Shown here piece after piece: positions 40,160 to 55,390 of a DNA stretch of 64,000 nt. Position 1 is the first letter of the stretch, and the number at the start of each line of letters is the position of its first letter. The stretch is from Octopus vulgaris (Eukaryota). The stretch is taken from contig OX597829.1 of the NCBI GenBank assembly GCA_951406725.2, positions 434,001 to 498,000 on the forward strand, read 5' to 3'. The notes below the pieces were generated by a model. That model worked only from the letters and a program-made list of their open reading frames with translations, was not told the origin of the DNA and did not search any database. Made by a program: the position numbers and the translations under genes.

Positions 40160-40665
40160 TACGATGTTGATGATAATAAATACGATAACAATGATGATGA
40201 TGACGAGGAGGAGGAGGAGGAGGAAAAGGAGGAGACGGAAGGGATGAGTAGGAGGAAGAGGTGTAGGAGGAGGAGAGGAGGAGAAGGATGATGATAATGA
40301 TGATGAGGTGGAAGAGGAGGAAAATGACGATGAGGAGGAGGAGAGAAGAAGGAAGAGGAAGAGAAGGAGAAAGTGGTGGAGGAGGAGGAGGTTAAACACC
40401 ATTACCACTACTAACAGTAGTGGTAATGAGGATGATCATGATGATGAAGAAGAGGAGGAAGAGGAAGAGGAGGAGGATGAAGAGGAAAAAGGATGATATT
40501 GATGATGAAAGGGAGAAGGATGAAGTGGAAGGGGATGATGAGGAGGAGGAGGAGGCGGAGGAGAAAATAGAGGAAGAGGAGGATAATGATGATAATTATG
40601 ATCATGAGGATGAAGAGGAAGAGGATACTGATGATGATGATGATGATGAGGAGGAGGAGGATTAT
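40160..40665. repeat. (GAG/GAT/GAA)n purine-rich low-complexity tract
   Basis: Direct reading of the sequence. Confidence 0.92.
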
Positions 40666-41107
40666 GTCATAACGATCTTAATAGAGGAAATATTTGTTGT
40701 TGTTTAACCCAGGTTAGTCCTAATTGCGTAGATCAAAGATCAAAGTCGGTCTTTTTACATGTCCGGCAGCAACAACTTACCACTTAGTTTTCCTTTCTCA
40801 GAACTAATTAGGAGAGATTTAAGAACGATTTAGCCGTTATTTCTGGCAAGTGGAGCAACCACCTTGTGGTACATCTTTTGCTCTTGTTGTTGAGATTGAT
40901 GGTGATTGTGATGATTATTGTGATGGTGTTTTGAGGGGTATTGGCACCAGTGATAATAACCAATCTGTCGCTTTCACTGTTTGGCACTCGGAGAGCTTTA
41001 GTGGAGTAAACGCTGTTGTAAGCTTTCTTGTAAGTGCTTTATCTGAAGATAATTCTTTCCCTTATTTAGATTGTTTACATTCGATAGATATTTGTCTTCA
41101 TCTTGTT

Positions 41108-41153
41108 GACACAACGTTTCGGCTGATATACCCTCCAGCCTTCATCAGGTGTC
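41108..41153 (-). ncRNA. Minimal type-I hammerhead, canonical core, in a Penelope-like pLTR (41083-41205)
   Basis: Minus strand: gacac-CTGATGA-a-ggctg-gagggtatat-cagcc-GAAA-cg-TT-gtgtc. Confidence 0.8.
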
Positions 41154-41215
41154 TTGGGGGAAATTTCGAACCTGGGTTCTCATTCCTAAGGTATTTTTCG
41201 ATGTTGTTGTTGTTG

Positions 41216-41292
<77 letters not shown>

Positions 41293-41299
41293 CTCACTG

Positions 41300-41442
41300 C
41301 TTGGAATCGAACTTGGGGTTACATATTTTATCTGTAAATTTGCGTGTGTAATCTGGGAATGCATACAATGAGCTTCTCTGCCCTAGGTGTATGGAAAACA
41401 CTCAGCGAGAAACGGAAGAAAATTTGAAGAAAGAAGGATATA
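41300..41442 (+). mobile_element. R4/Dong-like LINE extreme 3' end with (TAA)n tail; relatives at 44051-44110 (-) and 60980-61060
   Basis: aatgcatacaatgag..ggtgtatggaaaacactc.gcgagaaacggaagaaaatttgaag resembles the UTR that follows the RLE ORF at 60480-61060. Confidence 0.6.
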
Positions 41443-41444
41443 CC

Positions 41445-41492
<48 letters not shown>

Positions 41493-41495
<3 letters not shown>

Positions 41496-42230
41496 TCGAA
41501 AAATACCGTAGGAATGAGAACCCAGGTTCGAAATTTCCCCAAGACACCTGATGAAGGTTGGAGGGTGTATCAGGCGAAAAGTTGTGTTAATAACAAACAA
41601 GATGAGGACAAACATCCGTCAAATGTAAATAATGTAAGTGATGTAGATATCTTTTATAACAATCGAAATGCAAGTAAAACTTATGCTAAGGCAATTTATA
41701 ATAATAGAAGGAAAATAGCCTATGTTGACTCCCTTTCTATCCCCCAAAATATGAATAATAATATTAATGATGAAGATGAAAATAATAGAAATAATAAACG
41801 TAGAAATAGTATAAATAATGATATTGATAAAAATTGTAATTTCAGGATTAAAGAAAATTGCAAACTTAATATTAATTGTAAACAAGATAATCTGGTATAC
41901 AGGTATGTAGTTGTATCTGAAGGGAAAGAATATCGTTACATAGGTTCAACCAAAACTCAGTTTAAACGAAGAATTGCGAACCATGAGAGTTGTTTTAGAA
42001 ATAAGCATAAAACCAATAATACTAGTCCCAGCAAATTTAAATGAATGTTAAAAGATAATGGAAAAAATTATAAGATTTAACGAGAGGTTGTAAGCCATGC
42101 CAAAGCTTATCAAATTTCAGATAGAAAATGAAAATTATGTATAAAAGAAATTTTCAAATAACAAAATTTAAATGTAGGCAAGAAAATAATAGTTTGTTGC
42201 CGCTACCCGAAGTAAATTTTTAGAAACTTT
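41493..42230 (+). mobile_element. Penelope-like fragment: pLTR with decayed hammerhead (41543-41588) followed by GIY-YIG remnant
   Basis: ORF contains NCNFRIKENCKLNINCKQDNLVYRYVV..YRYIGSTKTQFKRRIANHESCFRN. The pLTR is an inverted copy of 41083-41205. Confidence 0.85.
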
Positions 42231-42567
42231 GATAAATAAATAATAAATAACAAAACTGAAAATTAGAAATATAAGCTTAATATGTAATAAGCATAAAATA
42301 TATAACATCTAAACACAAATTAATTAGCTCAGGAAAAGTGAATATATATATATAATGAATTCAAACCAGGTCATGATATTCTAAATGTATTTAGTACGTA
42401 CGTTTCGGATAATTGCGCAATAGATATAAAGGAAATTTCATGAACTCAGCTACGAGTGCATTGCATCTTATAAACTAAGGAAATGCATTGCATAATTTCT
42501 TGATGTCTTGTTATTTACATAATCTATCTATCTATCAATATATATATATATATATGCACACATACTT

Positions 42568-43470
42568 CTGTATGTATGCATGTATGTATGTATGCATGTC
42601 TGTATGTATGTATGTCTGTATGTATGTATGTATGTATGTATTTATGTATGTATGTATGTATGTATTTATGCCTGTATGTATGTATGTATGTATGTATGTA
42701 TGTATGCATGCATGTATGTATGTATGCATGCATGTATGTATGTGTGTATGTGTATGTATGTATGTATGTATGTATGTATGAATGTATGTATGTATGTATG
42801 TATGTGTGTATGTATGTATGTATGTGTGTATGTATGTATGTATGTATGTATGTATGTATGCCTGTATGTATGTATGCATGTCTGTATGTATGTATGTCTG
42901 TATGTTTGTATGTATGTATGTTTGTATGTATGTATGTATGTATGTATGTATGTATGTTTGTATGTATGTATGTATGTATGTATGTATGTATGTATGTATG
43001 TATGTATGTATGTATGTATGTATGTATGTATGTATGTATGTTTGTATGTATGTATGTATGTATGTATGTATGTATGTATGTGTGTGTGTATGTATGTATG
43101 TATGTATGTATGTATGTATGTATGTATGTATGTATGTATGTATGTGTGTGTATGTATGTATGTGTGTATGTATGTATGTATGTATGTATGTATATATGTA
43201 TGTATGTATGTGTGTGTATGTATGTATGTGTGTATGTATGTATGTATGTGTGTGTGTATGTATGTATGTGTGTATGTATGTATGTATGTATGTATATATG
43301 TATGCATGTATGTATGTATGTATTTATGTATGTATGTGTGTATGTATGTATGTATGTATGTATGTATGTGTGTGTATGTATGTATGTGTGTATGTATGTA
43401 TGTATGTGTGTGTGTATGTATGTATGTGTGTATGTATGTATGTATGTATGTATGTATGTATATATGTATG

Positions 43471-43504
<34 letters not shown>

Positions 43505-43526
43505 TGTATGTATGTATGTATGTATG

Positions 43527-43560
<34 letters not shown>

Positions 43561-43617
43561 TGTATGTATGTATGTATGTATGTATGTATGCATGCCTGTA
43601 TGTATGTATGTATGTAT
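42568..43617. repeat. ~1 kb (TATG)n microsatellite
   Basis: Direct reading of the sequence. Confidence 0.98.
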
Positions 43618-43761
43618 TAATTTTCCTTGTAAGACCAGTTAGTGACTTGATATGTTTATTAGTGGTATTTAATTCTTGAAGCCTTCTGATATGGCAAAAC
43701 ATTATGTTTCTTGCCATGTAAAACTACCTAATAGAAAGTTAGCATTCCTGTTAAATTTCAC

Positions 43762-43982
43762 TTGTTGTTGTTGTTGCTGTTGTTGTTGTTGCTGTTGTTG
43801 TTGTTGTTGTTGCTGTTGTTGTTGTTGTTGTTGTTGTTGCTGTTGTTGTTGTTGTTGTTCTTCTTCTTCTTCTTCTTCTTCTTCTTCTTCTTCTTCTTTT
43901 TCTTCTTCATCATCTTCTTCTTCTTCTTCTTCTTATTATTATTATTATTATCATTATTATTACTAATATTATTATTGTTATT

Positions 43983-44050
<68 letters not shown>
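43762..44050. repeat. Compound (TTG)n-(TTC)n-(TTA)n microsatellite
   Basis: Direct reading of the sequence. Confidence 0.97.
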
Positions 44051-44146
44051 GTTTTTTCTTCTGTCTTCAAATTTTCTTCCGTTTCTCGCCGAGTGTTTTC
44101 CATACACCATACATTTTTATTGTTATTATTATTAATATTATTATTA

Positions 44147-44184
<38 letters not shown>

Positions 44185-44231
44185 GTCGTTGTTGTTTTTG
44201 TTGTTGTTGTTATTATTGTTGTTGTTACTGC

Positions 44232-46865
44232 TGCTGCTTTATGTTATACAAGCTGTCCCAAGCCTCACGTGGAGAGTTCATGTAACAGCAAGTAGAACGT
44301 TTAACTATGGGTGTTATTTATGATTAGCAAGGATATATTAGCAAGGTATGGGAAGGTGACTAGATTCTGATCACTGAGTATGCGTTGAATTCATAATATT
44401 TCAGTTTTGAAAGAGAATCAGACATTTTTAATTTCACAATGTTTTTCTTAGAATGTAAGCAGGAACCCATGAAAGCAATCAAAGTACTGCTACTTCTGGT
44501 TTTCCTGCTATCTGGTCATAATGCTTAGGAGTGCTATGTTGGTATCGTCCCTAAAACTCCAATGATCAAATGTATAGTAGGTGTTCTTAGATGACACTTT
44601 TTGAAACCCCTATTTAAAGGTTATTATATTTACTTAATTTTTCAAATTCTTTTACCGAAGTGTTGCAATCTACTGAGACTGACATGTCTATGGTCAGACA
44701 TCTTTTGTCAACATAATTTTCAATCACAAAATCTAGTCTTTTGTGGTGATGTGATCTAATTATTGTTGTATTTATGAATGGTCATTTTGCCAGTTTAGCC
44801 AATAAAAACACACGCACTATATATTTGGTGTTACTTTGCTTCAGCGTTATTTATTTTTTACATTAATCATAATCTAATTATGATATCAGTATTTTTTATT
44901 AGTTTGGTAGGCTTATGATCCCACCGTTTCTTCTCATATAACAGTTCCATACTGGCCAAATCTATCATTGCAATTAATATACTCATTTGAGGCCAACATA
45001 GAGCATCTACAAGTGAAATCTTCAGTTGTTTCCTTGGCTGCACGACAAAAGCTTCAGGTAGGACCTGCCCCGTTTAAAAAGACGCTTGCTTGGTAGTTTT
45101 CGATGCATAGACATTGATCCTGAGCTGCTATAATGAAGCCCCCTGTTTCTGATTCAAGTCCAGCTGCAACTAAGTATTGATGGGTCATAATTGTATTTAC
45201 ACTTGTATAGTTGGCTCTTGAGGGTATTTGCTATGCAACGCTTTACTTTCCCATGTATTTCGCAGGACTAAGACACCCGTTGATTCAGCTTGGGTTTTAT
45301 TTCATTCGATCTGCTTTCACAGTGGGATCCTCTCTTTCATTTAGTTGCGCCACAATCTCACTGATCATTAATTCTTGTAGTATGTTTTTTTAAAATTTTT
45401 GCTTCTGATATTGAGCAAATGTGCTTTTGGAACTTACATATTTGCAGAGAAGTTTAAGCAGTAGTCATTAGTGTTTTTTTTTTTAGATAAGCGTCTATGG
45501 AGACATTTGCAGCTGCACCAGTCTGTAAAGTCTATGTAAAGTCTATTTATACCTGCCATTGGGTGATGCAAGGGTGTGGTGCACTATGAGACGCTTACAT
45601 ACTTTTGTATCAATTTTACTTATCCCTGTGAGGGACCATTTTATGACGTTAAAGTTGTGTGTCACAAGTATAGTTAAGGTGTTGTTTGCATCGATCCTGT
45701 CTGTCATGTTATGTTCCCTCCTTAGGATATCTCTAATTCTACGATAATATTCTCCCTAATTTCGTTTTTGGATTCTTTATATGAGTTCGTGTGTTGTAAA
45801 GGTTGCAAGACGCAACGAAAATTTTAGGACAATAAAAATAAGAAAAACGTGGAAATTTTACCGGTGAGTGTGTTACATTATAAGGCAGAAAAAGAAAACG
45901 ACTCTCCCCAGACACAACAGAATATTCTTTCTAATGTTCGTGCATTTGTAACTTCTGGATGCAACCCACTTCACATACACCTAATTAACTGTAATTTTTT
46001 CGAGATTTAATTCCTTATTGATGGTAGACTTGTTTATCTCTAATTATCGTTTTCAGGAGTGTTCCCTTGAAGAATGTGGCCCTAGTATATTCCAATATCA
46101 TAACTGCACTGTTTTACCAGTTAAAACTCATTCCAGTTGCTCATCATCTTTTAGGAAAAACTTTAGATCAACTTTGTAAAGTAGGTGAATGATTTATCTA
46201 TTATAAACTCAGTACCCATGTTTTGTGCCATTCAACAGCTTACTCAGAGGAATGAGAGCCACGCAAAAGATTAGTGCAGGATTATGGATCACCTGAACAA
46301 ATGCTGCAATTCATACTGATGTCACCAACGTTCATAGTACTTGTTTCTGAATTGAGAATAAGAATTGTTTTCCATTTCTTCATACTATACGACAGAAAAT
46401 TACCAATAACTTGAGAGACTTTATATATTTTCAAGTATTTCTCAATCTAGCTATGGGGGGAAGGCTGTCAAACACTTCTATGTAATCAATCCATTAAATA
46501 GAAAGATTTTGGTGTCGTTTCCGGCAGTCTTGAAGAACCATTTTATTGATTAAAAGTGGATCTCTATAACAATATCAGCTACATTTACAACCTTCCATCG
46601 GGAAAGGTATATTAATATTCAGTAATGATGGGCGTTAGTAATTTATACATGGTTGTAATTGGTCGGTAATTTTGAGGAGTTATTACTTTAGTCATTTTGG
46701 GGGAATACGTAAATTACTCTATTTAGAAGCCGGTAAAGAATTTTCATGGGGTCAGGTACGATGCTATTGTAAAGGTGAATCACTTTTCCATAGATTTTAT
46801 CTTTCCCAAGTGAGTTCTATTTGTTTCACAGTGTACTCCTAAAAGATATCCTTCCATATTTGCTC
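44232..46865 (-). mobile_element. Decayed R4/Dong-clade non-LTR retrotransposon (RT, CCHC-like region, restriction-like endonuclease, 3' UTR)
   Basis: Minus-strand pieces: NYRPIT; IDYIEVFDSLP; HLLYKVDLKF; WESKALHSKYP; GLESETGGFIIAAQDQCL..CSMLASNEYI; RCLTIDMSVSVDCNTSVKEFEKLSKY. The 3' UTR resembles 59720-59820. An unrelated insertion lies at about 45783-46003. Confidence 0.88.
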
Positions 46866-46906
46866 TTTATTATTATTATTATTTTTATTATTATTATTAT
46901 TATTAT

Positions 46907-46999
<93 letters not shown>

Positions 47000-47015
47000 T
47001 AGTAGTAGCAGTAGC

Positions 47016-47064
<49 letters not shown>

Positions 47065-47102
47065 AGATTATTATTATTATTATTATTACTACTACTACTA
47101 CT
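46866..47102. repeat. (TTA)n-(TAG)n microsatellite
   Basis: Direct reading of the sequence. Confidence 0.96.
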
Positions 47103-47374
47103 ATTTCATTCTTTTAAGGGTCGATAAAATAAGTAACAGTTGAACACTGGGGCTGATGTAATCGATTTATCCGGAGAATTAATGGAAAATTCGACCTTGG
47201 CGGGATTTGAACTCAGAGCGCAAAGAACCGGAAGAAATATCGCCGCGTATTTTATCCGGTGTGGTAACGATTCTAATACCTCGTCACCTTAATGATAATA
47301 AAAATGGTTTCAGTTTTTCGCACAGGGCCAGCAATTTCGGGAGAGGGGTAAGTCGACTTCAGCGGAATTTAAAG
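47103..47374. repeat. Chimeric SINE-fragment block; inverted near-identical copy of 60079-60350
   Basis: The ORF track itself gives a near-identical peptide MNSERKEPEEISPRILSGVVTILIPRHLND.. at 47207(+) and 60247(-). Confidence 0.92.
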
Positions 47375-47426
47375 ATTATTATTATTATTACTATTACTAT
47401 TATTATTATTATTATTATTATTATCA

Positions 47427-47457
<31 letters not shown>

Positions 47458-47477
47458 TATCATTATTATTATTATCA

Positions 47478-47520
<43 letters not shown>

Positions 47521-47522
47521 CA

Positions 47523-47553
<31 letters not shown>

Positions 47554-47570
47554 TATCATTATTATTATTA

Positions 47571-47679
<109 letters not shown>

Positions 47680-47702
47680 TACTATTATTATTATTATTAT
47701 TA

Positions 47703-47739
<37 letters not shown>

Positions 47740-47748
47740 TATTATTAC

Positions 47749-49140
<1,392 letters not shown>

Positions 49141-49143
49141 TCA

Positions 49144-49243
<100 letters not shown>

Positions 49244-49514
49244 GTTTAATCTATATTACTATTTTTGGAATTTTTTCTGAAATATTGCTGCCCAGTCTTC
49301 GATGTTCTCCATTAGTTTATTCTTGGTAACAGCAAAGGTATCTTGGGAGAAAGACAAGTCGTTTTAAGAATAGCATCGGGATGATTGACAGATGCATTAC
49401 AATCAGTTCAAGATATTCTTCATGAGAATTCCTAAAGTAGTGCTGTCTGCCTGCCTGTCTGTCTGTTTGTCTGTTTATCTGTTTGACAGTTTGCCTGTCT
49501 GTCTGTCTCTCTCT

Positions 49515-49578
<64 letters not shown>

Positions 49579-49706
49579 TTTAACTGAAATCAGAGTGACG
49601 TGCTATTTCCTCGAATGCAAATACTAATGTTTTTCTTGAAGCAAATTGCCATTTTAAAAATGTATGAATTTACAGCAATTTTAATGGTTGCTGTGCAAAC
49701 ATTGTG

Positions 49707-50160
49707 GTTTCTTCTCCCGTTCTTGCTTCTTCTTCTTCTCCTTCTTCTTCTTCTCCTTCTTCTTCTTCTTCTTCTTCTGCTTCTTCTTTTTCTTCTCCCG
49801 TTCTTGCTTCTTCTTCTTCTTCACCTTCCCTTTCTTCCTCCTTCTCCTTCTTCTTCTTCTTCTTCTTCTTCTTCTTCTTCCCCTTCTTCTCCTCCTCCTC
49901 CTTCTTCTTCTTCTTCTTCTCCTCCTTCTCCTCCTTCTCCTCTCCTCCTCTTCTTTCTTCTTCTTCTTCTTCTCCTCCTCCTCCTCCTCCTCCTTTTTTT
50001 TCTTCTCCCGTTCTTGCTTCTTCTTCTTCTTCTTCTTCTTCTTCTTCTTCTTCTTCTTCTTCTTCTTCTTCTTCTTCTTCTTCTCCACCTTCCCTTTCTT
50101 CCTCCTCGTCGTCCTCCTCTTTCCTTTTTTCTTTTTTTCTTTTTCTTCTTCTTCATCTTT
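49707..50160. repeat. (CTT/CCT)n polypyrimidine tract with a recurring anchor
   Basis: ttcttctcccgttcttgcttcttc occurs three times. Confidence 0.93.
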
Positions 50161-51263
50161 CCATATCAAGTTCCCTATTCCGAAATAGAAAGAAAACAAT
50201 AGAAGGGGATGTGTCAACACTATACGCTATTGTTACAATTAGCAAATGCTTGCAATTTCGCGTAATTTCATGAACGCCGAATCAACCACAAGATTACAGG
50301 TTGAAAAATCTGGGAGCCTCATTGTGATAGCTATGTGAAGATCACACAGATTGCCAGTAAACAGTGCACGTGAAATGTGAAAAAGGAGCGATCCCCCCCT
50401 CTCTCTCTCTCACTTTCTTCTTTTCTTTGCTTCTCAGTCTGTCTGTTTCTTTCTCTCTCTTTCTCTCTCTCCCCTCTCTCTTATCTAAAGGGTCATTCTT
50501 CTCTTGCCCTAAACTCCGACCGGTGTAAAATAATTATACGATAATGGAACAAAACGAATTGTCAGGTTTCATCAATGAGATTACAGCCATGAATGGCAAC
50601 AAATATTACCACATTTCTTTGTTTGAAGTGACAGAAAAGAACACATAATTATACAACCGTTGTTCATTTTCGCCTGCCATTGCCTTAGATGAAGAAGCAG
50701 GAGTAAACTACATTAGTGTCAAGTAGTAATTAGTTTTCTTGTCCGACGCTGTATGGAGCGTAGAAAAACCAGTTAGAATCCATTAATTTAGATTCATTTC
50801 TACTGTGATTCATTTGAGCGTAACGATATCAATCCATTTTCCTTTCAGAGTTGAGATGTTCTAAAATCAATATAAATACCCTTTTCGATTATAATTAAAC
50901 ACTGATTGAAAAGTATAAAGAACTACTATCGGGGACGAATTCGATTGGAAGGATGTTTTATTTGTTTCGATTGCGTTTAATCTACGTAAAGATATACATA
51001 TACGACATAAATTTTGTCTAGTCCCATGGTCTTCCCTGTATATTTTACGGATCAGTGTTTTACATATAAAGTGGGAAAATTACTTGAAGCAAAAATTAAT
51101 GAGGGAAAGTGGTGGAATTTTTTTTTAAATGGTTTTTAACCAGAAATTGCTTAAACAAGAAGTTAGACTAGAAAAATCCTTACATTTAATTATTTCAGAA
51201 AGAGTGCAGTTGAAAAAAGAACTAAATATATATTTATATTATCTCTCTCTCTCTTTCTTTCTT

Positions 51264-51327
<64 letters not shown>

Positions 51328-51387
51328 CTATCTATCAATCTATCTATCTGTCTGTTTGTCGATCTCTCTGTCAGTCTGTTTTGTCTG

Positions 51388-51444
<57 letters not shown>

Positions 51445-52004
51445 TGTTTGTTTCTATGAACGGTTACCTTCAAAACATCTTTTAATAGGGACATATCCTT
51501 CTGGTATCCTTCAAAAGCACGAAACACAATAACTACACAAATATTGCATATACATGAATCATCAACAAAAGTAACCTTCAATTAACTTTTCAAACGCTTG
51601 TTACCGATGCAATGTATGTATGTATGCATGGCGATTTCACAGACGACATCACCAAAATTGTATCGCCAAGTTTCGAATTACCTTTTTTGAGCCTCAAATT
51701 AATTCAGTTTTGCTTGGATTTTGTAACTTTAGAATGATTCTCATTTCCGATGCAACGATTGACTTTTCCCCTGACTGCAATATCCAGTAAAGGCTTGGTA
51801 ATATTCCAGATACCAAATGTCTAAATTTTGCTTAGAACTGCTGCTCGGTCAAAGAAAAAAGCTGCAGGGAAGACAAGTCTTACGAACAAAGATCACGTGT
51901 AGTGACAGTCGTTTTCCTGAAATACTTGCAGATATGTCAACCAGCGCAGGGGCTTACGTATGATCGGTCACGGTATCCTTACCACTCCCATAAAAGGCAG
52001 TGGG

Positions 52005-52216
52005 CACGCCGGGCGAAATGCGTTGCCGTATTTTCGTCTGCCGTTACGTTCTGAGTTCAAATTCCGCCGAGGTCGACTTTACCTTTCATCCTTTCGGTGT
52101 CGATAAATTAAGTACCATTTACGCACTGGGGTAGATGTAATCGACTTAATCCGTTTGTATGTCCTTGTTTGTCCCCTCTATGTTTATTCCCTTGTGGGTA
52201 GTAAAGAAATAGGTAT
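52005..52216 (+). mobile_element. SINE family A
   Basis: Matches the family A consensus; 5'-truncated. Confidence 0.9.
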
Positions 52217-53050
52217 CCTGACCACCCCTATGGAGTAGGAGTAGGTGTTGGTAGAAAAAGGACCTCGTCGCCAAATAAACTTACTATTTCACCAAGAAAC
52301 ATAATACCTTGTGTCCGAATAGGGTCAAATATTTGCTGGGGCAATTAACAATGGTCAGCAGACTAGTACGTTATCAATACGACGTAGGCATTGACTGCTC
52401 CCAGTCCAATCAACTTTCACAAAATCTTTACATATTGGAAATTGAAATGAAGGAATTCCTTGGAAATAGCTAACCATAGATTTCCGCAATAGGTTAGTTA
52501 CGCACCAAACTTGGGCAAGATTTATTTTGTATAAGATTTGCAGTTTCCTAAATATACAGTTGCTTTCTTTCAGCATTGTTGATGTTTTCTTTTCTAAAGG
52601 AAAGGCAAAGCTAATATATCTTAGCATCATGTGGTTGCATCAGTGACTGAAGTAGGAATTGTCGGGGGGCTTCAACAACAGCTACAGCATCAGCAACAAC
52701 AGAGGCTAGGATGTTAGTTCTCGCTAAGAAGAAAAGATTAAAGCTGTGTTTTTTAAGTTCAACAAATGAGTGGTGTTGATGTTGGATATAGTAAAATAGA
52801 TTAAGAAATGTTGTAGTAAATACATTGGAAGTAGTGCATAGAAGATGCCTCTTAAATGAATTGTTAGAGACTAGAACGACTCTCAATCATTGCTTCGTTG
52901 TGAAGCATGGATGATGCCATTGGTTGGTGCTAGAACGCGTTCATTGAAATCCGAGAGACTCCGGTGGTCACGGCTACAAAAATCACATTCCTATATACGA
53001 AGGAGGACGTCAGACGCATCACACTGTATTCTAAGCAAATGCATGTGGTT

Positions 53051-53258
53051 ACGCCGGGCGAAATGCGTAGCCGTATTTCGTCTGCCGCTACGTTCTGAGT
53101 TCAAATTCCGCCGAGGTCGACTTTGCCTTTCATCCTTTCGGGGTCGATTAAATAAGTACCAGTTACGCACTGGGGTCGATATAATCGACTTAATCCGTTT
53201 GTCTGTCCTTGTTTGTCGTCTCTGTTTTTAGCCCCTTGTAGGTAGTAAAGAAATAGGT
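53051..53258 (+). mobile_element. SINE family A
   Basis: Matches the family A consensus; 5'-truncated. Confidence 0.9.
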
Positions 53259-53571
53259 TATTCATCAGCACAATGCCGAACCGTTCGCGATTGCAAAAAA
53301 TAGAATGAAGTCGACACCAATACATACCTCAAAAACTTCCTACAAAACAAATAGGAAGAATTCTCCGAGAAGTTGATTTCAACAAAAAGAAATGGCGAAC
53401 GCATTCGGTTGATTGTTTGAGGGACACTACTTTATTGTTGATTAGTAGCTGTTGCTTAAAACTAGTAGTCGACTGAAACATTTCCAATTGCGGTGAGCCG
53501 GGAAATGCTGACGCTACTACATAAGGTTTTAAACAAAGGAGACGTGACAAGCAACTTTAGTCCGTACGAAT

Positions 53572-53662
<91 letters not shown>

Positions 53663-54327
53663 CGTTTGCGCGTGTGCTTGTGTTATGTAGGTTGGCAGGA
53701 TAAAATCCCAGCTGTTTCGTCTTCAAGCACATCTGCTCATTCCATTATCACAATCTAATATGTAGTCTATGTTATTGCTGTGTATGTGCAAAGTACATAT
53801 TTACGTTGAAAATTCTGAAAATATTATTTGCAGAGTTATTGAATAATAAAACACGAAATTGGAAAAAATTATTGGCATTATTTATTCATCATTACACATG
53901 TTCCATTTCCTGATAGGAATTACAGGGTTTTCAGTTTTACATCTTAAATAGACATGTAAGCAATTTCCTATTATTGTCTGAAGACTTTCTAATTGAAATT
54001 TCCTTACATGTTTGTCTAATATAAAACACTCAAAACTATGTAATTCCTATTGGTAAATGGAACATGTGTAATGGTGAATAAATAATGCCAATAAATTTCC
54101 AAATTTCGTGTTTTATTATGAATTTATATGCATGCGCGCGAATGTGTGTGTATGTCTGTGTGCATGTGTGTGCGTACACATATATGTATGTGTGTGTATA
54201 TATATGTATATGTATATACATATATATATATATATATGTATATATGTTTATATATATATATATACTTAAATACATACGCACACACACACACATATATATA
54301 TCCTTATATACAAACATGTATATATAT

Positions 54328-54564
54328 GGCGGCGAGCTGGAAGAAACGTTAGCACGTGTGGCGAAATGCGTAGCCGTATTTCGTCTGCCGTTACGTTTTG
54401 AGTTCAAATTCCGCTCAGGTCGACTTTGCCTTTCATCCTTTCGGGGTCGATAAATAAAGTACCAGTTTCGCACTGGGGGTCGATGTAATCGGCTTAATCC
54501 CTTTGTGTGTCCTTGTTTGTCCCTTTTGTGTTTAGCCGCTTGTGGGTAGTGAAGAAATAGGTAT
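54328..54564 (+). mobile_element. SINE family A, full length
   Basis: Matches the family A consensus. Confidence 0.9.
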
Positions 54565-54628
54565 ATGAATATCCATCCATCCATCCTTCAATCCATACAC
54601 ACACACAAACATACATACATATATATGT

Positions 54629-54811
<183 letters not shown>

Positions 54812-55010
54812 TATATTGATGTTTGTTTTTGTTTAGTTATAATAACAATTTTACAGTAGTCTGCAGGGTTGCTCAATTCTTTTGTAGCATACAAGGTTAT
54901 TATTCTAAAACAAGAATATTATTGAATGTCGCTTCGAAGTTTTGCCCTTTCGACGATGGCTTAGCTTGCGAAAACTTCGAAGTTATTGTCAACAACATTC
55001 GTGCGTAAGG

Positions 55011-55042
<32 letters not shown>

Positions 55043-55118
55043 CTATCGTGTTTTTCATCATAAAATGTTTATTCAGTGTGTAATATATACCTATATATGT
55101 TAAACGGCCAGAACATTA

Positions 55119-55181
<63 letters not shown>

Positions 55182-55219
55182 CACGCACGCATACACTCAC
55201 TTGTGTGTGTGTATATATA

Positions 55220-55359
55220 CGTATGTATGTATGTATGTATGTATGTATGTATGTATGTATGTATGTATGTATGTATGTATGCATGCACGTATCTATACGT
55301 GCTTATGCATGTCTGTATGTATGTATGTATGCATGCATGCATGTATATATGTAAGTATG

Positions 55360-55390
<31 letters not shown>

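Noticed and set aside
40062-40707. Acidic poly-E/D ORFs resembling a nucleolin- or prothymosin-like protein
   Set aside because: This is a degenerate GAG/GAT trinucleotide tract. The acidic frame shifts repeatedly, and I see no splice or domain evidence.
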